From NCBI GenBank assembly GCA_951406725.2, contig OX597817.1:49228001-49292000 (forward strand): DNA of 64,000 nt, given 5' to 3'. Below are positions 1 to 13,429 of the stretch, piece by piece. The DNA is from Octopus vulgaris (lineage: Eukaryota). A model generated the notes under the pieces. The model ran no database searches and had not been told where the DNA came from. It saw only the letters and a list, made by a program, of their open reading frames with translations. Position numbers and translations under genes: made by a program. Each line of letters starts with the position of its first letter. Position 1 is the stretch's first letter.

Positions 1-458
1 CAGTGGTACTGAACTTGAAACCACGTATTTACAAAGCGAACCTCTAAACAAAACATTTTTCAGACGAATATTATTACCACTAATTTTTATTCTTATTTTG
101 GTGCCGAAGATGAGATTGACTCGTAAAACGTTTGTCTGTAATGATGCAGCGTAAAAAAATTAATCTCCTAATGCGTTTTAAGCTAAAACATCTCACTTTT
201 TTTTTATTGTATCCAAAAAATTACAGCCAAAAACAGTTAAATTCTTTTCTGCGTTTAACATTAAAGGATTGGTTAGTTTTAATAGTCTAGCAGAAATGCT
301 AACCTAGGGCTTTGAGTGAAACCAACAGATTCCATATTGTATATATTACAGTCTTTCTATTCCCTGTAGGATTATGTAATTACTTTTAAGAACAAAATTC
401 AAAACTTTCCTTCCGACCACTCTCTTCCGATTCATAGAATAACGAAAAGAATAAATAC

Positions 459-518
<60 letters not shown>

Positions 519-531
519 TGATGATGATGAT
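459..531. repeat. (AAT)n/(GAT)n microsatellite
   Basis: Direct trinucleotide run; source of the poly-Ile ORF 346..588. Confidence 0.95.
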
Positions 532-974
532 AAAGAGTGAAGAAAAGAAAAGTTTCCAAATGTTCGAGTTTGAAAAGTTTCGTAACAAAATTAAAATTAC
601 ATTTGAAGCATTCGCTACTATTCATAACCAACGTATTTATATTAACTCACAATCATAAACCCTGTAACTCTGTCTGTCTGTATCTCTCTCTCTCTCTCTC
701 TCCTACTTACTATTTATTTGGTCTCTTCCTCCTTTTTTCCTGTTTTTCTCCGTATACCAAACGATATACGTTAAATAATGGACATAGAAAAAAAATTCGT
801 TATTCTGATGTTAAAAGTAATTAAAAATATAATAGGTTTGTTCTGTTTTTGCCCGATTTTACGTCTTTACTTTACATGTTTTAGATTTGTTTCAAATTCA
901 TATATTTACATAAATAATAAAACTGGAGTTATGGCAAGCTTTTAAAGGAAAAAAAGAACTTCCATCATCAGACA

Positions 975-1095
975 TTTTTATCTTTTATTTTACTACTTGT
1001 TTCAGTCATTGGACTGCGGCCATGCTGGGGCACCAGCTCGAAGAGTTTAGTCGACAAACCAACATCAGTTGTCAAGCTGCAGAGGAGACAAACAC
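975..1095 (-). mobile_element. SINE family A (CORE-type, tRNA-derived), partial 3' part
   Basis: cttgtttcagtcattggactgcggccatgctggggcacc matches the tail of the full-length copy at 13430-13822. Confidence 0.75.
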
Positions 1096-1123
1096 ACACA
1101 CGCGCGCGCACACATACATACTT

Positions 1124-1163
<40 letters not shown>

Positions 1164-1295
1164 ATATATACACACACATACATATATGTATGTATATATG
1201 TATGTGCTTATGTGTATATATATATATACATGTACACACACGCATACATATCTACACACACACATATATATACACAAGGGGTGTATGAAAAGTTT

Positions 1296-1428
<133 letters not shown>

Positions 1429-1444
1429 TTATGTAGGTTTATCT

Positions 1445-1623
1445 ACCCCAACATCGCTTGACAACCGATGCTAGTGTGTTTAGTCCCCGTAATCCAGCGG
1501 TTCGGCAAAGAGACCGATAGAATAAGTAGCAGGCTTACAAAGAATAAGTCCTGGGATCGATTTGCTCGACTAAAGGCGGTGTTCCAGCATAGCCGCAGTC
1601 AAATTACAGTAACAAGTAAAAGA
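1445..1623 (+). mobile_element. SINE family A, 3' half
   Basis: gcttgacaaccgatgc...cggttcggcaaagagaccgatagaataagt...aaggcggtgttccagcatagccgcagtcaaa is the reverse complement of 13430-13620. Confidence 0.85.
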
Positions 1624-1638
1624 CTATCTATCTATCTA

Positions 1639-1685
<47 letters not shown>

Positions 1686-1864
1686 GTATATATATGTATA
1701 TATATATATATTAAAAAAATATATATAAAAATACAAAATGAGACAAGAACGCAAAACACTCAAAGAGACGACACAAAAAACGGACGGGTCATTCGAAGCC
1801 TCTAATCTTCAGTCAAGAACCGGATCATCCTCGCAATTTCGGCTGATTAATCTTGAGATCGCTC

Positions 1865-1905
<41 letters not shown>

Positions 1906-1941
1906 ATACATGTATTTGCATGTAAATGTACATATATATAT

Positions 1942-2380
1942 CCTTTTGTACGCTTGCCGTCTTTGAGTTGGGAGTAGAAGATCTGTTTGGGAAGTCGTTC
2001 GTCAGTCATTCTAACCACGTGGTCGCTCCATCTTAGTTGAAGAAACGCTACAAGGACTCCCTGAAATCGAACCTCAAAAAGTGTGACAGTGACTTCACCA
2101 ACTGGGAGGAAACGGCAAAACACAGACCACTCTGGAAAAGCACCATCCATGAGGGAACGGCGAATTTCGAGTCGAAAAGGTCTGCAGAGCTGGAGGAGAA
2201 AAGACGACGACGGAAGGAGCGCCAACAACAACCACGTGCGACTCTCCCTTCCAGCACTAGATGTCCGCACTGTGACCGATCTTTTCGAGCAAGAATTGGT
2301 CTTATCAGTCACCTGCGGACTCACCAATAAATTTGCGCGAAGACCATCATCCTCGACCTTGAGGGATTGCCATAGTAGTA
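1942..2380 (+). mobile_element. RTE-clade LINE 3' fragment with 5' inversion, 14-bp TSD and (TAG)n tail
   Basis: The plus frame 2037-2330 (KKRYKDSLK...[21 protein letters not shown]) is a typical RTE C-terminus with a C2H2-like end. The minus strand of 1942-2037 encodes the immediately preceding motif [32 protein letters not shown]. The direct repeat gtacatatatatat occurs at 1928-1941 and 2381-2394. Confidence 0.9.
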
Positions 2381-2416
2381 GTACATATATATATACATAA
2401 ATATATATATATACAT

Positions 2417-2497
<81 letters not shown>

Positions 2498-3270
2498 TTT
2501 ACATGCAAGTATATGTATATAATGAATACTATATTATATTATATTGTATTGTGTATCATCACCGTTCTACCGTCCTATTTTTCATGTTTGCACAAATACA
2601 AGACGGGTTTCTTTCAATTTTCGTCAACCAAATTCTCTTACAAGGCTATAGTAAAAGACATTGGTTGACTATCAATCCGGATATGTATGACTTCCATCTT
2701 AGAAGTCCTTTTTTTATCTTAGAAACGAACAACCGAAATATGTATGGCCTTGTACGTTTATTGATATTGTTTGTGTTTCTTATGAAAATAAAATATGTCT
2801 TCAATGGTAGAAGCCAGTTTTTATTTTAGAAAAGTACGACCAAAACACAGGAAAGCTGCTTTGGTATTAGATTGCATAAGTATTTTACCTGGTTAACGGA
2901 ATGGGTAAATTTGATCGGCGACTATACAACATACAGCAAGTGTCTGTCAAAACAACATTGACAAACAATACACAAACTCAAATCGTTTGGAAATTCACAT
3001 ACCTCAGCTCTGTCTGTCGTATGTATACTGTGTATTAGCCCATACTCAGCATTTTTACCAAACAAGCAGAGTTTCCCGAACATGGAAAATGCTATTTATA
3101 TCAGTGCCATTTACGTTGTTATATATTTCAGCATATTTGTAAAGTACGAATGAACAGTCATTTCCAAGATCGAGCAATAGCGTTTCGTAACGGAACTAAG
3201 CAAATCTGAATTCATTCTCTATTTTGTATCACATCGAAACTAACTATGACTTAACTTTTCCTCTCACACC

Positions 3271-3325
3271 GTCTCCGACGAAGGGATATTATTATTAATT
3301 AATATTCTAGAAACAGCTGTAAGAC
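3271..3325 (+). ncRNA. Minimal hammerhead ribozyme motif, family H1 (CCGAYGA core)
   Basis: gtct-CCGACGA-agggatatt...aatattcta-GAAAC-agct-GTA-agac: helix I gtct/agac, AT-rich helix II, palindromic helix III ACAGCTGT. The surrounding element (about 3218-3394) ends at a TA run. Confidence 0.7.
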
Positions 3326-3867
3326 CTTCTATCTATAAATGCTCTAATATCTATACAGCCTTGGTTTTTTTTATCGCATTACGCAGAAAATTCCTATATA
3401 TATATATATACATAGTTACATATATAATATAATATATTATATTGTATTATATAATACGCACGTGTGTGTGTGTGTTTGTGAACGCGTGACTCGGATCTTC
3501 CAATGAGAATCTAGTATACCACCAACAAATAATGAACACTCTTTCAAGCTGAACGAGGCCAAGGCTTTACACAACATGACCATTTGATGGATTAGACACC
3601 TGTTTTATTGACTATATACACTCTGAGAAATGGTATTAACTGCTTACCTACAAGTATATAGTCCACATCGTGCGTTGACAGCTTTTTTATATTTTGCTTA
3701 TAAACGCATGTATGTGCGTGCATGTGTGGATAAATATATATGAACATAGACATACAAGCATATATATACTTATAAATATATATGTGTGTGAGTGTGTATG
3801 TGCATGAATATACGTGTGCGTGAATGTATGGTTGTGTGTGTGTATATATAAATGTATGTATATATAT

Positions 3868-3909
<42 letters not shown>

Positions 3910-4076
3910 GTACATATGTATGTATCTATGTATTATATATATACGTATATATGCATCTATATATATATGTATATATATATATATGTATATATGTATGTAT
4001 ATAGGTGCATGTATAATATGTATGTATATGTATCTATATATGTATATACATATGTGTATATACATGCATATATATG

Positions 4077-4133
<57 letters not shown>

Positions 4134-4215
4134 CATTTTGTATTTTATTTTATATATATATGTAGTGGCGTACGTACACTTTGATCTCTTATATATATTA
4201 ATATATATATATTTA

Positions 4216-4249
<34 letters not shown>

Positions 4250-4989
4250 CACTCATACATATAACTACATAAAAATACACATTTACGTATTTGTACATAA
4301 GTATCTGTAAAAGTAATATTTAAATTTTGTGTCCGAGTGTGTATCTATTTATACATACATGCATACACATGTCAAATTACACACACATACATGATATATA
4401 TATATATATATACACTCACACACATATACATACTTACACACATACACACATACATCTACATACATCCATATATACTAATACGTATGGCTTCGTCGCTGCT
4501 TGTACATCTGTACATGCCATACATAAATATCTGCACTGACTCAAGTGCCATATTATATACATAGCAACATATGTATAATATTATATGCATATTGAGTCTA
4601 TATTAGTTTTTCTTTTTTATATATTCTTGCTTTTGTCTAAATTTTTAACACACTCTACTATTTTGTATACATATCTAATATCATAAGCAGGCATCCAGAA
4701 AGTAAACTTATGAGGTGATAGATTTGCAATATGAAATAAAATCATAAGGACCCAATCAGTTTATAAATGATTGTATTTGGTTACACGAGTGACATTTTTT
4801 AAGAAATAAATTGTAACTCTACCCTAACCTCTTGCCCCGAGGTTAATTGCATAAGAACGCGGTGTAGTGATGCGATTTGGTATATATTTCTGTGAGTGTT
4901 AAACAGATGATAAAATAAAACGAGAAAGGAAAATATACCACTGGCCATCTGGTGAGATGGAGGCAGATTATTATTTTTTTTAGTCTTTT

Positions 4990-5210
4990 AGCCTTTTATC
5001 TTATACTTGTTTCAGTCATTAGACTACGTCCATGCTGGGGCACCGCCTTGAAGAATTTTTAGCTGAAAAGTCGACCCCAGTACTTATTTTTGTTTTTATA
5101 ACAAGCCTGGTACTTATTCTATCGGGCCCTTTTGTCAACTCGCTAAGTTAAATGTACGTAAATACACCAAATACCGGTTATTACGCAGTGATAGGGGACA
5201 AACACAGACA

Positions 5211-5250
<40 letters not shown>

Positions 5251-5265
5251 TACATATATGCATAC

Positions 5266-5301
<36 letters not shown>

Positions 5302-5492
5302 GTTTCACTGTGTGGCACCTTGGGCAAGTGTCTTTTACTAGAGCTGTGTTTACGTCCCCGTAACGTAGCGGTTCGACAAAAATGACCGATAGAATAAGTA
5401 CTAGGCTTACAAAGAATAAGTTCTGGGGTGGATTTGTTCGACTAAAGGCGGTGCTCCAGCATGGCCGCAGTCAAATGACTGGAACAAATAAA

Positions 5493-5564
<72 letters not shown>

Positions 5565-5730
5565 ATGGGCTTACTTCAGTTTTCCTTTACGAATCCAATC
5601 CAATCACAAGGTTTTAGTCGGACCGAGGCTATTGCAGAAGATACTCGCCCAAGGCATCACGCAGTGGAAATGAAGCTGGCACCAAGTGTTTGAGATACAA
5701 ACCTCTCATCGCACAGCCACGCCTGCGTCT
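4990..5730. mobile_element. Cluster of SINE family A pieces (minus 3' half about 4990-5210, plus about 5305-5490, minus 5' half about 5563-5730)
   Basis: Matches to segments of the 13430-13822 copy; a plus copy appears nested in the internal microsatellite of a minus copy. Confidence 0.75.
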
Positions 5731-6148
5731 GATTGTTTTCTTGTTGTTTTAGAAGCGAAAACCCATTACTCTACAAGAATTTGCGGGTGGGAAAATTGAA
5801 GAACTTAAATGAATATATAATTGTTGGCTGTCAGATAAATTAGTTCATTTAAATGTTTACTTTCCTGTTTCATAATATTTGGACCCTTTCCAATGCTATC
5901 TGAATTAACATGAAAAAAAAACACCAATTATTGTCGTGCTTTATGATTTTATTTTAATTTGTACCTCTGTTCTTCCTCTGTAACTTTTATTTATCGTTTA
6001 TGAAATTTGAATAAATTTTACCTCTTTTCAGACATAAGATGATAATGATGATGATGATGATGATGATGATGTTACAATTAGAAAAATACGAACGAAATTA
6101 TCTCATATTCTAATGCCCACCCACTCAATACACACATACACAATATAT

Positions 6149-6352
6149 AGGCGCTGGCGTGGCTGTGTGGTTAGAAGTTTGCTTCCCAACCACATAGTTC
6201 CGGGTTCAGACCCACTGGACCAAGGACCAACCAAGGCCTTGTGAGTGGATTTGTATGATGGAAATTGAAAGAAGCCCCATCGTATATGTGTGTATGTGTG
6301 TGTGTGTGTGTCTTTGTGTCTGTGCTTGTCTCGCAGACCTCTCGACAACCGG
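6149..6352 (+). mobile_element. SINE family A, 5' half
   Basis: ggcgctggcgtggctgtgtggttagaagtttgcttcccaaccacatagttccgggttcag head with Pol III A/B-box-like motifs. Confidence 0.8.
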
Positions 6353-7074
6353 TGCCCAGAATTGATTCGCTCTATTGATTTATAAACATATATCAGAGGC
6401 GACTCCAGGTTTTCAGTGTTACTCGGGCTCATCACAAATTTAGCATGACACATGACTGCTCGAAAACTTTCACGTTTCGCTTTATTTCTAGCTCCAGATG
6501 GCATATTTTTTTATATATATGGCACGATGACATCCTCCACTTCTAAGTTAAAAGTAAAAATAAAGCAACCCTGCGAAATACAAATGATCTTTACGCACAG
6601 ACGCACAGAATAACAGCAATCAAATAACGACAGTAGAGTGCACAACAAACATCAGAGATCCGACTGTCGCCTGTACTCTTGACAAGAGATGTCAGTTAAT
6701 CTTTTACATCTAACAGGCTCTTCCGTATTAGCCCGAGTTGTTGGATAGATTTTCGTTCCTTTAAGAATATTGTAAAACAGAAACTTTTCATAGATTGTAA
6801 TTTAAATCTTAATCTCTATAGAAATTTATTGCTTTAAAAAAGTATAGAATTTGAATTCCTTTTAATTTTTACCATTATAGACAACAACTGGGACTGTAAC
6901 TTCTGAGCCAGGTAAGGTGGGTGTTAACGATGTCGAGAGAATGTCTGTTACGTATGATATTTTTGGACACAAGGCACCTCTAAGACAACCGCCAGATGCT
7001 GAACGAATATAAAAGAATTGCGATCAGGGTCAATAAAAGGAGCCCAAGTTATTTGCTGAAATTACATACTTGAA

Positions 7075-7436
7075 GTAAGAATCGTTTGCACGCCGGGCAA
7101 AATGTTCAGAAGTATTTCGTCCTTTTTTTACGTTCTGAGTTCAAATTCCACCTAGGTCGATTTTACCTTTCAACCTTCGGAGGTGGATAAAATAATATTT
7201 TCTACGCTAGGCACAAGGCCCGAAATTTTGGGGGAGGGGATCTGTCGATTGGATCGACCCCAGTATGCAACTGGTACTTAATTTATCGACCTCGAAAGAA
7301 TGAAACGAAAAGTCGACCTCGGCGGAAATTGAACTCAGAACGTAAAGACAGACGAAATACTACTAAGCATTTCGTCCGGCGTGCTAACGTTTCTTATTTC
7401 TTTATTTCCCACAAAGGGTTAAACATAGAGGGGACA
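7075..7436. mobile_element. Two SINE family B copies in opposite orientation (plus about 7075-7198, minus about 7200-7436)
   Basis: cacgccgggcaaaatg...ttctgagttcaaattcc and its reverse complement gaactcagaacgtaaagacagacgaaatac. Confidence 0.8.
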
Positions 7437-8605
7437 ATTCACACCCTATGTTTACTGAGTCTAATATCTTCATTTAATAGTCAATAGCATAGACTTTCTT
7501 TTTATGAATCCTTCAAGACGATTCTTGTATGTATCCTCAAGCTTACTGCTTGTCTCCTGTGGGATGTTGGCCCACTCTTCCTTGGTGAAAGCCTCGAGCA
7601 AGGTCAGGTCGATCGATTTCCTAGCCATCACTCTGGTTTTCAAGTTTTCCACAAGTTCTCGGTCAGATTCAGGTCAGGACTCTGACTTGGCCATTCTAGG
7701 ACGTTCACGTCATTGTCGTTGAACCATTTCTTCACTACCTTAGCAGCAAGTTTTGGATCATTGTCCTGTTGGTACTTCCAGTTGTAGTCGAGTTGGAGTT
7801 TCTCAGCAGATTCCTTCACGTTTTCATCAAAGGATCCTGATGTAATCCTCCTTTCTCATGATTCCTTGGACCTTGACAAGGTTCCTTGTGCCACTGGAAG
7901 AGAAGCATCCCCATAGCATTATGTTTCCACTAACATGCTTGACAGTCGGCAAAGAGTTCTTCGACTTGTATGCTTCTCCTTTCTTCCTCCAGACGTATTC
8001 AGCATCCATCCGGCCAAATAATTCCAATTTCGTCTCATTAGAGATCATCTGAAACAAGATCCTGGCTTTTAGTTAACCATCCTGTGGTCTGATGAGACGA
8101 AGCTTTAAATATTTGACCATACGGATGTCAACGTCCTAGAATGACCAAATCAGAGTCCTGACCTGAATCTGACCGAGAACTTGTGGTGGGACTTGAAGAC
8201 CAGAGTGATGGCTAGGCAACCGATCGACCTGACCCAGCTCGAGGCTTTCACCAAGGAAGAGTGGGTCAAGATCCCACAGGAGACATGCAGGGAGCTTGTG
8301 GACACATACAAGAATCGTCTAGAAGCAGACACAAAAATAATGGCTATGCTATTGACTATTAAATAAGGATATTAGACTCAGTAAACCTAGGGTGTGAATA
8401 TTTTTGAACATGGCATTTTTTGAAAATCCTTGGATAAAATACCCTTGAAAAGTAGAATTTCTTGAATAGAGTGTATTGTTGTTATTCTTTCACTTGTTGG
8501 TCACATACAACTCATAAACAACCTTGACAAAATGCATTCATTTAATCACAAAAATAAAAAAATCACAAAAATTAACAAGTGTATGAATAACTTTGAGGAC
8601 GACTG
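7437..8605. mobile_element. Tc1-like DNA transposon remnant: two inverted 3' portions of one family joined head-to-head
   Basis: The minus strand encodes PTVKHVSGNIMLWGCFSSSG...QQDNDPK...WPSQSPDLNLTEN (Tc1 DDE motifs, with stops and frameshifts). Plus 8130-8400 is the reverse complement of 7437-7705. The right end aactttgaggacgactg|ta is a CAGT...-type TIR followed by TA. Confidence 0.85.
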
Positions 8606-8754
8606 TATATATATAAGCATAAGATCGTTATTTAAAATACCGATCATATCAAGTGGCCAGCATGTGAATAAAAACCTTATTGGTATTAATTATTATTAAA
8701 ATTATAATTCAGGGTATCTAAGAAATACCACCATGCTACAGATAGCAGTCAAAA

Positions 8755-8813
<59 letters not shown>

Positions 8814-8895
8814 CTATCTATCAATTTATCTATCTATCTATATATATATGTATGTATATATATATGTATATATGTATATATATATATATACATAT

Positions 8896-8945
<50 letters not shown>

Positions 8946-9707
8946 ATATGTATATATATATATAACGGGAAACTTTATGAAAATAGACAAAAGACGAAGG
9001 CAGGTGGAAAACAAACGAACAATATATATATATATACACATTATATATATTTATATATATATATATCGTGCTTCCACAGTTTCTGTCGATCTGATTTGCT
9101 GAGGCAACTGTAATAGAAGATATTTGCCTAAGGTACTGCGTAGCGGGACTGAACCAGAAACTCTATGGGTAGCAATCAAAAGTTTTTAACCTTTTAACCA
9201 TGCCTACGCCTAATATAATTTCACTAGGTCCTTATTTTCTTTAGTAATTTCCCTAATTATTTAACACAGAGGTCACTAGTCCACGCAAAAACTAAAAAGA
9301 AAAATCTAGCTAATTATACCACTGCACAAAATTAGGTCTGTCTGAATAAAATAATTTGCTCTGTGATTGTGTTGCTGTTGCTTTGTGTCCAAAACATGGG
9401 AGGTGAGCGTCAGTGAAATACGACATTCTGTAAAATAAGGGGTTGAGCTACAAGATATTGAGAAAACCTGCCATAGGTGAACCGCAACAGAATTCATGTA
9501 TGAATAAAGATGTTTAAACAGTGTCCATCCCATCACATTTTCAGATATAATCAATATTAAAGCAAATATATTGAACAACATAATCGTCACGTCTTAAAAC
9601 CTTATTGAGTGATTTTATAGAAATATTGGCTACTATTTCTAACAGGTAAAAAAACCACGTATTGACTACCTCATTGGCAGTCATTACCTCAAGGAAATAT
9701 TATATTC

Positions 9708-10104
9708 TTTTCTACTCTAGGTACAAGGCCCGAAATTTTGGTGGAGGAGGCCAGTCGATTAGATCGACCTCAGTACGTAACTGATATTTAATTTATCGAC
9801 CCCGAAAGGATGAAAGGCAAAGTCGGCCTTAGCGGAATTTGAACTCAGAACGTAACGGCAGACGAAATACCTATTTCTTTACTGCTCACAAGGGACTACA
9901 CACATAGGGGACAAACAAGGACAGATAAACGGATTAAGTCGATTACATCGACCCCAGTGCGCAACTGGTACTTATTTAATCGACCCCGAAAGGATGAAAG
10001 GCAAAGTCGACCTCGGTGGAATTTGAACTGAGAACGTAGCGGCAGACGAAATACGGCTACGCATTTCGCCCGGCGTGTTAACGTTTCTACCAGCTCGCCG
10101 CCTT
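9708..10104 (-). mobile_element. SINE family B dimer with 17-bp TSD
   Basis: Head (reverse complement of ggcggcgagctggtagaaacgtt) ends at 10102. There are two gcctttcatcctttcggggtcgat units. The direct repeat aaggaaatattatattc lies at 9691-9707 and 10105-10121. Confidence 0.9.
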
Positions 10105-11808
10105 AAGGAAATATTATATTCCTCGCTGCAAAATACCGAAAGTTTAATTAGGTTTCCTTAGGTCACTATGCTGAGGTCATATCCCGCTGTGTACATGAAG
10201 ATGTGATGTTCTAAAGAAGCAATAATATTACGAGAAAAAAATGGGTTTTTTCTTTCCCAAAATCGAACTTGGGATTATCGGACCTGTCGTTTTCTCTTGA
10301 GCCAAAGATGGAACCTCGAGATGGCTGCCCGATATGTTAGAAATAACAACCAAATCGCCCTTAAATTATCTTGCTGCCTTAAAAATATGAAGCACATATT
10401 TAATTATGTACTTCTAAATGTACTATACCTGGGAAAATACTCTATGATCACAGTTAGATGGACTTCGATCAGGATCCCCAAGGAAAATTTTACAAGGCGG
10501 AAGAAGACTACGTTCAGGTCTTGACTGAGGGTGGGGGAAATTTCCTCTTAAGATCCAAGGGAGTGGGCTGTTTTTCTTATAAAGATTGTTCGAAAATATG
10601 ATCATTTACGTAGCAGTTCTAAGATTGTAGGTGCCCTGGAAAAGTGAGATTTTTACATTCTTGAAAATAAATTTCAAAATATTCTGAAAATAAGTAAAAA
10701 AAAAAACCGGTAAATTTAGAAGGAAAGTATTTATTACAATTTATCAAATGTGATATTAAAATGATTAATTTATTTATTATTTTCACATTTTCTTTCTTGC
10801 ATATGGAACAACCCAAACATAATATGGCATCCCAAAGCACGGAGCGTCCTTTAAGACGGGGACCTCGGGGATTTCCCAATTTGCCGGCATTTTTCAACTG
10901 GTACTGCGTAGGACCCTCATTGAAACTTCTATGGTTCTGATCATAACTAACCCGGGACTAAACAACAATTACATGCGTAATTTTTATGAAAATATGCAAA
11001 ACAAAAACGAAAGCAAAAACAAGAAAAAGGGACGAACTAAAAAAAAAGCGGGGTTGATTTGAAAACTGATATCAGTATTTATAATTTAGTAAGTAGTCAA
11101 GTTCGCTAAGGTTAAACATAAATAATGTTTTAAGATCTAGTCACCGTTATAATCTTAAATGTTTGATTTATATTACCCATTTTCAAGGGGCATAGAGCAG
11201 CTATTCATTAAAACGTGTGAATCTCTCGGGATACGAAAGATCTTTTACCTTATTTTGATCTCTTTCCTTTTCTCACCCCCCCTCTCTCTCTCTACAAAAA
11301 AAATCAAAAAAAAAAAGAAAGGAAAAAAGGAAACTTTTACTCAGCCCCTTCTTTGACTCATCTTGTCTGAAGTGCGGTGCTTATATCGCATTTCTATAAA
11401 CTTTAAAAAGTATGATATTTATTTCGTATAAGCAAGATATTGTCCTCTTTTTTTCTTATCAACTTAAACACTAATGCCCCTCGTCAATGCTCTGACATGC
11501 ACTTCCATTCCCATGCTTATTTGTTTATGTTCAACTAATATAGCAGTCACTATTTTACGTGTCATTTCTCACAAATGAATTTACAGAAGGCAAATTGACT
11601 ACATTAAGAACACACACATATTCACATACACACACATATACAGACACACACATATTCACTCACACACACACATACAGACACACACTCCTTTTCTCCTTCT
11701 CTTCTCCTCTCTTTCTATCTTTTGCTCTCTCTCTCTCTCTCTACTGTATGCATGCATATGGATGCATGTATGTATCTATGCAAGTGTACATTCATATATA
11801 TGTATATG

Positions 11809-11854
<46 letters not shown>

Positions 11855-11873
11855 GTGTCTGTATATCAATATG

Positions 11874-11915
<42 letters not shown>

Positions 11916-11930
11916 GTGTCTGTATATAAT

Positions 11931-11978
<48 letters not shown>

Positions 11979-12234
11979 AAAACAAATGGGTGTGTGCATA
12001 TGTAGATAGATAAAAATAAATGGGTGTATATATATACATTTATATATATATATATACATATAATAAATATTAGGGAATAAATCCAAATTTACAGGGAAAA
12101 AATCAGATTTAGGATTAAATCCAATTTTATAGTAAAATATTATAAAATATTATTAGAGACAAAACCACTATTTTGCAAAACAAACAAGGAAAGACTTAAT
12201 CAATACATAAAATTTTAATAAATAGTCAAAAAAA

Positions 12235-12277
12235 CCACTACAATTGTTTCTTGTCTTGATCGACAATCTTCAGGTGG
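12235..12277 (-). ncRNA. Hammerhead ribozyme motif, family H2 (mirror copy)
   Basis: Exact reverse complement of 12324-12366. Confidence 0.85.
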
Positions 12278-12323
12278 ACTTCCAATAAGTCAGTTTCAAA
12301 TTTGAAACTGACTTATTGGAAGT

Positions 12324-12366
12324 CCACCTGAAGATTGTCGATCAAGACAAGAAACAATTGTAGTGG
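12324..12366 (+). ncRNA. Hammerhead ribozyme motif, family H2 (canonical core)
   Basis: ccac-CTGAAGA-ttgtc-gatcaa-gacaa-GAAAC-aatt-GTA-gtgg: helix I 4 bp, helix II 5 bp, palindromic helix III ACAATTGT, GUA cleavage triplet. Confidence 0.85.
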
Positions 12367-12482
12367 CGGTTTTTTTGACTATTTATTAAAATTTTATGTA
12401 TTGATTAAGTCTTTCCTTGTTTGTTTTGCAAAATAGTGGTTTTGTCTCTAATAATATTTTATATATACATATATATATATAC

Positions 12483-12551
<69 letters not shown>

Positions 12552-12564
12552 TATATATACATAT

Positions 12565-12615
<51 letters not shown>

Positions 12616-12969
12616 GTATTTGTTTATGTGTTACAGTGGTAGTAGTAAGCATAATCCTGTTTCAATTTCCAATTAAACCAGTTCACTTTCCCTTTTTTTT
12701 TCACTAATGCTCTCCCACCCCGCCCCAACTGCTCCCTATGTCCAGTGACATGGAGACGATATGCTGCGCAACACAACAACGAGAATTATTTGACCTTGGT
12801 CAGCCAGATAAAGGCATTTGATTCGATCTTCTACAAATAACCCAATTTATCGATTTATCGACACATTTAAGTAATATTGTATTTAGTAAATAATTAGCGC
12901 CGTTAATTACAAGCTGCCAAAGAGCTAATTATCATTCTGCTGCTTTTCTAACGGAACAAATACTATACC

Positions 12970-13005
<36 letters not shown>

Positions 13006-13180
13006 GTATGTATATATGTTTGAAAGTAAAGATTTTTTTTGTAATGTTTTAATGTGTAAATTTTCCACTCATCTATGTCAGTGAACAACACAATGCTAGT
13101 AAACTGATCACTGTTGACTTCAGCGATATACTTCCAGTTGCGAGATAAATTGTACTATAGAAATCTTTAGGAGCGTAGCA

Positions 13181-13252
13181 GCGTCGGTGGTGTAACGGTT
13201 AGCATGGTTGCCTTCCAAGCAGTCGATCCGGGTTCGACTCCCGGCCGACGCA
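13181..13252 (+). tRNA. tRNA-Gly (anticodon TCC)
   Basis: 72 nt GCGTCGG...CCGACGC-A with a perfect acceptor stem, anticodon arm GTTGC-CTTCCAA-GCAGT and T-arm CCGGG-TTCGACT-CCCGG. Very close to metazoan Gly-TCC. Confidence 0.96.
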
Positions 13253-13262
13253 TGTTATTAAC

Positions 13263-13272
13263 TTTTTTTTTT
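13263..13272 (+). terminator. RNA polymerase III oligo-T terminator
   Basis: T10 run 10 nt downstream of the tRNA 3' end. Confidence 0.8.
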
Positions 13273-13429
13273 AAATTTATGGTGAGCCAGTTCGATATTC
13301 AGCTGTGCGTTGAGGCCAATATATAGCATGGGTGCAGGCGTAACTGAGTGGTAAGAACTTTGATTCCCAACTATATGGTTCCGTTTTGTGTGGCATCTTG
13401 AGTTGAGTATGTATATGTGTGTGTATATA

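Larger units (their letters stand above)
12061..12463. mobile_element. TA-embedded fold-back element, family H2 (putative non-autonomous Penelope-like), with about 160-bp palindromic arms
   Basis: 12141-12300 is the reverse complement of 12301-12463 apart from a 3-nt indel, with no spacer. It is flanked by (TA)n on both sides. Related copies lie at 56618-56947 and 44205-44273. Confidence 0.8.

Noticed and set aside
1735-1867. TA-flanked fragment (related to 15290-15357) with CTGAAGA...GAAT on the minus strand
   Set aside because: Helices I and III cannot be paired convincingly, so it is not called a ribozyme. It may still be a terminus of a related element.
9306-9590. Minus-strand ORF with a signal-peptide-like N-terminus (MLFNIFALILIISENVMG)
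   Set aside because: Hydrophobic stretches are expected in AT-rich DNA; there is no recognisable domain or supported splice structure.
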